Shown here: positions 26,016 to 32,000 of the stretch, piece by piece
How the letters are laid out: every line of letters starts with the position of its first letter
How positions within the stretch are numbered: the first letter of the stretch is position 1
DNA from: Anaerovoracaceae bacterium
GTDB taxonomy: Bacteria > Bacillota > Clostridia > Peptostreptococcales > Anaerovoracaceae
Assembly: GCA_045114795.1 (NCBI GenBank)
Contig: JBGUKZ010000097.1
Span: 11,466 to 43,465, forward strand
DNA length: 32,000 nt
Direction: 5' to 3'
Position numbers and translations under genes: made by a program
Notes under the pieces: generated by a model
The model's input: only the letters and a program-made list of their open reading frames with translations
What the model was told of the DNA's origin: nothing
Database searches by the model: none

Positions 26016-26041
26016 TAAATTCACGGTTGTTGAGGAAAAAG

Positions 26042-26503
26042 ATGAATAGCGATTATGAAATTGCAAAAGAAAAAGATATAAGGGAATTGTTTAATCTTCA
26101 ATTGCGTGCATTTGAAAGTGAAGCTGAAATGATAGGCAGCAGGAATGTGCCCGCTCTGATGGAATCGTTTGAAGAGAACTGTGCAGATTTTAAAAACTGG
26201 ACGGTCCTGATTAAGCGGGATGAGTCCGGCAGGATCATAGGCGCGGTCAGATACAGAGAAGACGGCGATCATATTGAGATTGGGCGTGTCATGGTAGCAC
26301 CGGAACACAGAAATCGCGGTGAAGCGATGGGACTGATGACAGCTGTCGAGGAACTCACACAGGCGAAGGTATTCGAGCTGTACACCTGCACTAAAAGCTA
26401 TATCAATATAAACCTGTATGAAAAGCTCGGTTACCGAACATACAAGGAAGAGCGGGGAGACAGAGATTTGTCATTTGCATATATGAGAAAAACTATTGAT
26501 TAG
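26042..26503 (+). CDS. GNAT-family N-acetyltransferase
   Basis: 153 aa from ATG 26042 (GAGGA at 26032-26036). The acetyl-CoA-binding motif region VMVAPEHRNRGEAMGLM (the R-x-x-G-x-G/A pattern) and the C-terminal LYEKLGY are typical of GNAT. Confidence 0.85.
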   Translation: MNSDYEIAKEKDIRELFNLQLRAFESEAEMIGSRNVPALMESFEENCADFKNWTVLIKRDESGRIIGAVRYREDGDHIEIGRVMVAPEHRNRGEAMGLMTAVEELTQAKVFELYTCTKSYININLYEKLGYRTYKEERGDRDLSFAYMRKTID

Positions 26504-26705
26504 ACGAATTCCGGTATATCTAGTGTTGATAGTAATTGGATAAGAGATTAGTGCCTGGTGGATGGTGTAGTCTTTCCTCCTTTCCCTACATAACAGTTAA
26601 CAATTGATCACACTTTTGTTTTATATGCTTTCCGGCAGCAATGCGTGATGAACGTGCCCGCGCAACGGAAAAACAAGCAACAGAAGCCAAGAAGACGCAT
26701 AAAAA

Positions 26706-26714
26706 TGGTATAAT
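26706..26714 (+). promoter_or_regulatory. Extended -10 promoter element (TGgTATAAT) upstream of the hybrid kinase
   Basis: TGGTATAAT lies 75 nt upstream of ATG 26789. Confidence 0.5.
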
Positions 26715-26788
26715 CATTAATTGGATATACGGTGTTCAGGGAGCAACACGAAAGATGTTATTTTTCACAGCTGAGAAAAAGGATATTT

Positions 26789-29700
26789 ATGACTATTTTT
26801 AAGGGACGAAAGGCAGTCGTCGCAGGCTGCGCGATACTAATAAGCTTCATGATGCTGGCAGGGATCTTATTTCCGGCGAGCGTTTTTGCAGTTGACGATA
26901 ATAGCGTAACAGTAAAAGTTGGCTATTATGAGAATGAAGTGTTTCAGGAAGGGGCCAAACAGGGTGCCGTCAAGAAAGGCTATGCCTATGAGTACTATCA
27001 GAAGCTGTCAGAGTATACCGGCTGGCACTACGAGTATGTATACGGCGATTTCAGCGACTTATATCAGAAACTGCTGGATGGCGATATTGACGTACTTGCC
27101 GGTCTTGCGTGGAAAAAAGAGCGCGAAGAACTTATAGGTTACCCGGATTCGCCTATGGGTAATGAGACCTACAACCTGATAAAGCACACCGCTGATGAGA
27201 GCATCACCGTCGATACCGCGACTTTGGAAGGGAAGCGCGTCGGCGTGCTGAACAGTGCCATGGCAGATTCTCTTAAAGCGTTCCTGCAGGATCACAGTGT
27301 GCAGGCAGAGGTCGTACTTTTCGATGATTATGATCCGCTCTTCAAGGCCTTCGATGACAATGAGCTGGATGTGCTGGCGGCAGAAGGGGACGGCGCCTAC
27401 GGACGCGCTGATGCGGAACTGCTTTATCCTTTCGGTACATCCGATTACTTCCTTTGCGTCAACAAAGACCGGGCAGACCTGCTTACGGACCTCAATATAG
27501 CTCAGACTGAGCTCTCTGTTGATGAACCGAATTACATCAACTTCCTTCGCAGCAAATACTATCCTGTGAGCATATCCAGCCGCGCGTTTTCGGAACATGA
27601 GAAGCAGTGGCTGGCCGGGCACGACTCGCTGCGTATAGGCTATCTGAACAATTATCTCCCGTACAGCGGTACAGATTCCGCAGGCAATGTAAACGGACTT
27701 CTGAAGGATCTCATTCCGCGGATGATGAAAGATCTTGGACTTGAAGACCTTGAAGTCTCATATACTGGTTACGACAGTTACGACAAGATGATCGCGGGGC
27801 TGGAAGACGGAAGCGTCGATATGGTTTTCCCGGTAGGCGGCGGATTGTATTATGCGGAAGAGAGCGGGATATTCCAGTCGAATGCGGTCGTTTCAGCTGC
27901 GACAGAACTGGTATACAAAGATGAATATAATGACGAAACGGTGCGGCATTTCGCTGTGAACGAGAACAACAGCATGCAGTACTACTTCGTGAAGACCTAC
28001 TATCCGGACGCGGAGATCACCCTATATCCTTCGATCGACGAATGTCTCCACGCCGTGAATGACGGAAAAGCGGGGTGCACCACTCTTAATGGACTGAGAG
28101 CAAATGACATCCTGCGAAACAGCCGGTACAGCGGCTTATCGCTGCTTCAGACCGCATACAATGATGACAGGAGCTTCGGCGTGCAGATCGGAAATGAGGG
28201 TCTGCTTAAACTGGTCAACCGCGGCATCAACATTCTGGGCTCAGATTACGCCCAGAACCTTGCTTTCCGGTACACGGATCAGCTGCATACCTATTCATTC
28301 GGCGATGTGATCCGGAACAACATGGGTCTTGTCGGAAGCATAATGCTTGCGATCGCCGCGCTTGTGATCATGTTCCTGGTACGCGACTCGAAACGTTCTA
28401 AGCAGCTGCTCAGGCAGCAGGAACGCCGCGAGCAGCAGGACAAGATGATAACCGCTCTCGCTTCGGACTACCGCTGCGTCTATCACGTCGACCTGGACAA
28501 TGATGACGCTGTCTGCTACCGGGCTGACCCCGAAGCCACAGATCAGACGCCTGAAGGCATCCATTTCCCTTATCTTGAGCGTTTCACCTGGTACGCAAAC
28601 AATTGTGTTGCAGAAAACTACAGGGAGGGTTTCCTGGAATTCATCGATCCGGACAATGTGCGTAAAGCGCTCGAGAATGACCCTATCATAGCCTACCGTT
28701 ATCTGGTGAAGCGTAACGGAAAGGAATACTATGAGATGATCCGCATGGCAGGTGTGAGGCATGCCGAAAACCGTGAGGATCATATCGTCCACGCAGTCGG
28801 TCTTGGCCTGACAGTCATCGATACCGAAATGCGCGAGACGATGGCTAAGAATCAGGCGCTCGGCGAGGCTCTCGCGGCGGCAGAGGAGGCCAATAAGGCG
28901 AAGACGGCGTTCCTGTCAAGCGTGAGCCACGAGATACGTACGCCTATGAACGCCATCATAGGACTGGACAGTCTGGCTCTGCACAATGATTCGCTCCCTG
29001 AAGAAACACGCGGGTATCTTGAGCAGATAGGAGGGAGCGCGAGACATCTGCTGGGTCTGATCAACGACATACTCGACATGAGCCGTATCGAATCCGGGCG
29101 GATGGTTATTCGAAAGGAAGAATTCTTCTTCCGCGATATGCTGGAGCAGATCAATACCATGGTCATGTCCCAATGTGAAGAAAAGGGACTGCATTATGAG
29201 TGCAAGGTGATCGGCGGTGTAAGTGATTACTACATCGGCGATGACATGAAGCTCAAGCAGGTCCTGATCAATATCCTGTCGAATGCGATCAAGTTTACGG
29301 ATGCTCCGGGGAACATCATGCTGACGGTAGAGCGTACGGCCGTCTACGGAGATCATTCGACCCTCAAATTCTGCATCAGTGATACCGGTATCGGTATGGA
29401 TAAGGAATTCATCCCGAAAATATTTGACACTTTTACACAGGAAGACAGCAGCAGAAACAGCAAGTATGGCAGCACCGGTCTCGGCATGGCCATTACGAAA
29501 AATATCGTTGAACTGATGAATGGCACGATCTCTGTCGAATCTGAAAAAGGCGTAGGGACAGAGTTTACGGTCACCATTACTCTTAATAACAGCGATCACC
29601 AGGGGCTGTCCTCATACTCTCTGAACCCGAAGGATATACGTGTCCTGGTGGTTGATGACGAAGAGATAGCGGCTGAACACGCAAGGATCGTGCTGGATGA

Positions 29701-30454
29701 AGCGGGCATCAAGGCGGATACCTGTTATGATGGGCCGGCAGCCTTGCACATGCTGGAAGTGCAGCACGCGAAGCACAAACCATATAACCTTGTCCTGCTT
29801 GACTGGAAGATGCCGGGAATGGACGGAGTTGAAGTCGCGAGGGAAATTCGGAAGAGATATGACAAGGAAACAACAGTCATCATACTGACCTCTTTCAACT
29901 GGGATGAGATCCTGGAAGAGGCGATACACAGCGGTGTCGACAGTTTCCTTGCGAAACCTTTGTTTGCGTCTAATGTGCTTGATGAGCTGGAGCGGATCGC
30001 CCGGAAAAACAATATGAGTCTCTTTAAGGAGAAACAGCGGGCTGAGCTCAAAGGCAAGAGGATCCTGATGGCAGAGGATGTCTTCGTCAACGCAGAGATC
30101 ATGAAACAGATCATTCTCATGCGGGAAGCGGAGATCGATCATGCTGAAAACGGCAGGATCGTATTGGAAATGTTTGAGAACAGTCAGGAAGGTCATTATG
30201 ACGCGATCCTGATGGATGTTCGTATGCCGGAGATGGACGGTCTGGAGGCAACAGCGGCTATTAGGGCTCTGGACAGACCGGATGCAAAAACGATACCGAT
30301 AATTGCCTTAACTGCCAATGCCTTTGATGAGGATGTTCAGCGCTCGCTGCAGGTGGGTATGGATGCTCACTTGTCTAAACCTGTTGATCCTGAGCATCTG
30401 TATCAGACCCTGGAAGAGCTGATCTGGGAATACTATCAAACCCGCGAGCTTTGA
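26789..30454 (+). CDS. Hybrid sensor histidine kinase: two periplasmic solute-binding (SBP_bac_3-like) domains, TM, PAS-like region, HisKA, HATPase_c and two receiver domains
   Basis: 1221 aa from ATG 26789. N-terminal TM/signal (VVAGCAILISFMMLAGILF). Two SBP-like repeats (VKVGYYENEVF...DVLAG; LRIGYLNNYLPYS...DMVFPV). A second TM (LVGSIMLAIAALVIMFLV). H-box SHEIRTPMNAIIG, N-box LSNAIKFT, G1 DTGIGM, G2 GSTGLGMAI. REC1 is VLVVDDE...LLDWKMPGMDG...SFLAKP. REC2 is ILMAEDV...LMDVRMPEMDG...AHLSKP. The GTG at 26732 (track start) would be only about 10 nt from the likely transcription start. Confidence 0.92.
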   Translation: MTIFKGRKAVVAGCAILISFMMLAGILFPASVFAVDDNSVTVKVGYYENEVFQEGAKQGAVKKGYAYEYYQKLSEYTGWHYEYVYGDFSDLYQKLLDGDIDVLAGLAWKKEREELIGYPDSPMGNETYNLIKHTADESITVDTATLEGKRVGVLNSAMADSLKAFLQDHSVQAEVVLFDDYDPLFKAFDDNELDVLAAEGDGAYGRADAELLYPFGTSDYFLCVNKDRADLLTDLNIAQTELSVDEPNYINFLRSKYYPVSISSRAFSEHEKQWLAGHDSLRIGYLNNYLPYSGTDSAGNVNGLLKDLIPRMMKDLGLEDLEVSYTGYDSYDKMIAGLEDGSVDMVFPVGGGLYYAEESGIFQSNAVVSAATELVYKDEYNDETVRHFAVNENNSMQYYFVKTYYPDAEITLYPSIDECLHAVNDGKAGCTTLNGLRANDILRNSRYSGLSLLQTAYNDDRSFGVQIGNEGLLKLVNRGINILGSDYAQNLAFRYTDQLHTYSFGDVIRNNMGLVGSIMLAIAALVIMFLVRDSKRSKQLLRQQERREQQDKMITALASDYRCVYHVDLDNDDAVCYRADPEATDQTPEGIHFPYLERFTWYANNCVAENYREGFLEFIDPDNVRKALENDPIIAYRYLVKRNGKEYYEMIRMAGVRHAENREDHIVHAVGLGLTVIDTEMRETMAKNQALGEALAAAEEANKAKTAFLSSVSHEIRTPMNAIIGLDSLALHNDSLPEETRGYLEQIGGSARHLLGLINDILDMSRIESGRMVIRKEEFFFRDMLEQINTMVMSQCEEKGLHYECKVIGGVSDYYIGDDMKLKQVLINILSNAIKFTDAPGNIMLTVERTAVYGDHSTLKFCISDTGIGMDKEFIPKIFDTFTQEDSSRNSKYGSTGLGMAITKNIVELMNGTISVESEKGVGTEFTVTITLNNSDHQGLSSYSLNPKDIRVLVVDDEEIAAEHARIVLDEAGIKADTCYDGPAALHMLEVQHAKHKPYNLVLLDWKMPGMDGVEVAREIRKRYDKETTVIILTSFNWDEILEEAIHSGVDSFLAKPLFASNVLDELERIARKNNMSLFKEKQRAELKGKRILMAEDVFVNAEIMKQIILMREAEIDHAENGRIVLEMFENSQEGHYDAILMDVRMPEMDGLEATAAIRALDRPDAKTIPIIALTANAFDEDVQRSLQVGMDAHLSKPVDPEHLYQTLEELIWEYYQTREL

Positions 30455-30488
30455 TGTTGTCTTCAACATTTTTCCGTACAACCAGCTG

Positions 30489-30517
30489 ATGACCGCCTTA
30501 AAGGCGGTCATTTTTTT
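30489..30517 (+). terminator. Canonical Rho-independent terminator after the kinase gene
   Basis: ATGACCGCC (30489-30497), loop TTAAA, GGCGGTCAT (30503-30511), running into T7. Confidence 0.85.
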
Positions 30518-30545
30518 ACGATATCTTTGGAAAACAGGCAGTAAA

Positions 30546-30554
30546 TGGTACAAT
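30546..30554 (+). promoter_or_regulatory. Extended -10 promoter element (TGgTACAAT) upstream of the HAD gene
   Basis: TGGTACAAT lies 37 nt upstream of ATG 30591, directly after the terminator. Confidence 0.5.
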
Positions 30555-30590
30555 ATTATGAAAGGTTTTATTCAACTCATAAGGAAAACG

Positions 30591-31418
30591 ATGAACAGAA
30601 AACTGATATTTCTCGATGTCGATGGAACGCTGACGCCTCCGGGAGGACAGGAGCCGCCTGAGAGCGCTGTAAGAGCCATAAAAAAAGCTCAGGAGAGAGG
30701 TCATAAGGTCTTTCTGTGCTCCGGGCGCAATAACGCCATGATGGAGCCTTTGTATAAATACGGCTTTGACGGAGGCATAGCAAGCTGCGGAGGTTTTGTC
30801 TTTGCGGGAGACACGGTTCTTCATGACTGTCCGATGCCTGTAGATCAGAAAAACAGGCTGATGACGCTGTTTGAAGAAAGCGGCGTATCCATCGAGCTGG
30901 AAGCAAAAGACGACAGTTACTGTGACGACAGGGCGAAGCGCTTTCTGGAAGAAGGCACGCCAAGAAATAGCCAGCTCCTTCGCATGATAAAAGCCGTGTG
31001 GATAGAACTCGGTCCGCATCCTCTGGAGGAATATGACGGAAGGCCCGTCTATAAACTGGTATACGTGTATGAAAGCGAAGATCAGCTGAAGGCCGCGAAG
31101 GCGGAGCTCGGGGATGAGCTCATGTTCATAGAACATGACTTTTCAGAAGCGGACTGCAAATTCGGAGAGGTCATAAGCCGCAAGATTGATAAGGGCAGCG
31201 CCGCCCGGCTCGTTGCCGAAAAACTCGGTTTTGATATAGCCGATACCATAGGCTTTGGCGACAGCATGCTGGATCTGGAAATGATAGAAGCTGTCGGCAC
31301 GAGCGTGTGCATGGACAGCGGAAGCCCTAAGCTCAAAGAGATGAGCGATCTGGTCTGTCCGGCCGTAGATGAGGACGGGATAGAGTGGGCGTTCCGCAAA
31401 CTCGGGCTTATTGATTGA
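30591..31418 (+). CDS. Cof-type HAD-IIB family phosphatase
   Basis: 275 aa from ATG 30591 (MNRKLIFLDVDGTL gives motif I DxDGT). CSGRN is motif II, K...(cap)... is motif III, and GFGDSMLDLEM is motif IV. The track start 30489 falls inside the upstream terminator. Confidence 0.88.
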   Translation: MNRKLIFLDVDGTLTPPGGQEPPESAVRAIKKAQERGHKVFLCSGRNNAMMEPLYKYGFDGGIASCGGFVFAGDTVLHDCPMPVDQKNRLMTLFEESGVSIELEAKDDSYCDDRAKRFLEEGTPRNSQLLRMIKAVWIELGPHPLEEYDGRPVYKLVYVYESEDQLKAAKAELGDELMFIEHDFSEADCKFGEVISRKIDKGSAARLVAEKLGFDIADTIGFGDSMLDLEMIEAVGTSVCMDSGSPKLKEMSDLVCPAVDEDGIEWAFRKLGLID

Positions 31419-31428
31419 AAGGAACTGA

Positions 31429-31899
31429 ATGAAGATTTGTGTTTTTTCTGATTCCCACGGATATGCCGGGAATATGTTTGCAGCAATAGAAATGGAAAAG
31501 CCGGATGCCTGCTTCTTTCTCGGGGACGGGGAAAGAGACATCGCGAGAGTGATCGAGGAGTATCCGGACCTGCCGGTCTATGCGGTGAGCGGAAACTGCG
31601 ACTTCAGAACTGATCTCAGCAGTTCGCTTTTTTGTGAAGTCGGGGGCGTAAGAATATTTGCAACCCACGGCCACCTGTCCCGTGTCAAGTACGACTACGA
31701 TCTCGAGACACTGACCTCTCAGGCAGTCGAAGCCGGGGCGGACATAGCGCTGTTCGGTCATACACACTCTCAGCAGCTGTGTGAAAGCCGCGGCGTGACC
31801 CTGCTCAATCCGGGGTCGATAGGAAGGGGATATTATCCGTCATACGCAGTACTGACGATAGAAAACGGCAGATGCATTGCCGATCTGAAAACGATATGA
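31429..31899 (+). CDS. YfcE/MJ0936-type metallophosphoesterase
   Basis: 156 aa. The calcineurin-like motifs are in order: MKICVFSDSHG, LGDG, GNCD, THGH and GHTH. Confidence 0.85.
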   Translation: MKICVFSDSHGYAGNMFAAIEMEKPDACFFLGDGERDIARVIEEYPDLPVYAVSGNCDFRTDLSSSLFCEVGGVRIFATHGHLSRVKYDYDLETLTSQAVEAGADIALFGHTHSQQLCESRGVTLLNPGSIGRGYYPSYAVLTIENGRCIADLKTI

Positions 31900-31940
31900 A
31901 AATAAGCGCAGCTGAATAAAAAGTGAGGGAGGAGACGTCA

Positions 31941-32000
31941 ATGATTTATCTACTGTTTAATCCGCTGGCCAATAACTCAAAAGGCGAACATGACGCCGTA
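31941..32000 (+). CDS. 5' end of a diacylglycerol/lipid kinase-family (YegS/BmrU-like) gene, truncated by the window edge
   Basis: The ATG is preceded by GAGGGAGGAG. MIYLLFNPLANNSKGEHDAV resembles the N-terminal (F/L)(I/L)xNPxAGxGK strand-loop of DAGK-catalytic-domain proteins. Only 20 codons are visible. Confidence 0.4.
   Translation, partial: MIYLLFNPLANNSKGEHDAV

Noticed and set aside
26641-26802. A 53-codon ORF (MRDERARATEKQATEAKK...) in the 285-nt gap between the GNAT and kinase genes. It includes a locally GC-rich patch.
   Set aside because: It has no RBS, it contains the putative kinase promoter, and it overlaps the kinase start out of frame. It could be another gene remnant, but there is not enough signal to call.

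Overview
Every supported gene and RNA in this window is on the + strand. Hand counts of a few lines give roughly 50-55% G+C. GGAGG-type ribosome-binding sites, extended -10 promoters and the gene order suggest a Firmicutes/Clostridia-type chromosome; that placement is inference. Positions 1-12.6 kb hold a compact division/cell-wall (dcw) cluster: mraZ-rsmH-ftsL-class B PBP-mraY-murD-ftsW-murG-ftsQ-ftsZ. It has no murE, murF, murC or ftsA. Upstream of mraZ are GTGGGG boxes resembling MraZ operator repeats. Next come a TrmH-family RNA methyltransferase, zapA, mutS2 and argS. After these is a B12-binding/radical-SAM-like protein that has lost its CxxxCxxC cysteines and is translationally coupled to a TPR protein. 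A five-gene unit follows: DUF819 membrane protein, M19 dipeptidase, M15 (VanX-like) D-Ala-D-Ala dipeptidase, and two orphan envelope proteins. Then comes a tRNA-Asn/tRNA-Leu/initiator tRNA-Met operon with a consensus promoter. Downstream is an AT-rich gap containing what looks like an HTH gene remnant. The window ends with a GNAT acetyltransferase, a 1221-aa hybrid sensor kinase with tandem periplasmic solute-binding domains and two receiver domains, a Cof-type HAD phosphatase, a YfcE-type phosphoesterase and the start of a lipid-kinase-like gene. I found no CRISPR array, no intact mobile element and no recognisable defence system. The most unusual items are the cysteine-less radical-SAM homologue with its TPR partner, the DUF819/dipeptidase cluster, the duplicated motif in the long acidic N-terminus of FtsQ, and unexplained TGTAAAG repeats upstream of mraZ. 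All family assignments rest on motif recognition by eye, not on database searches.
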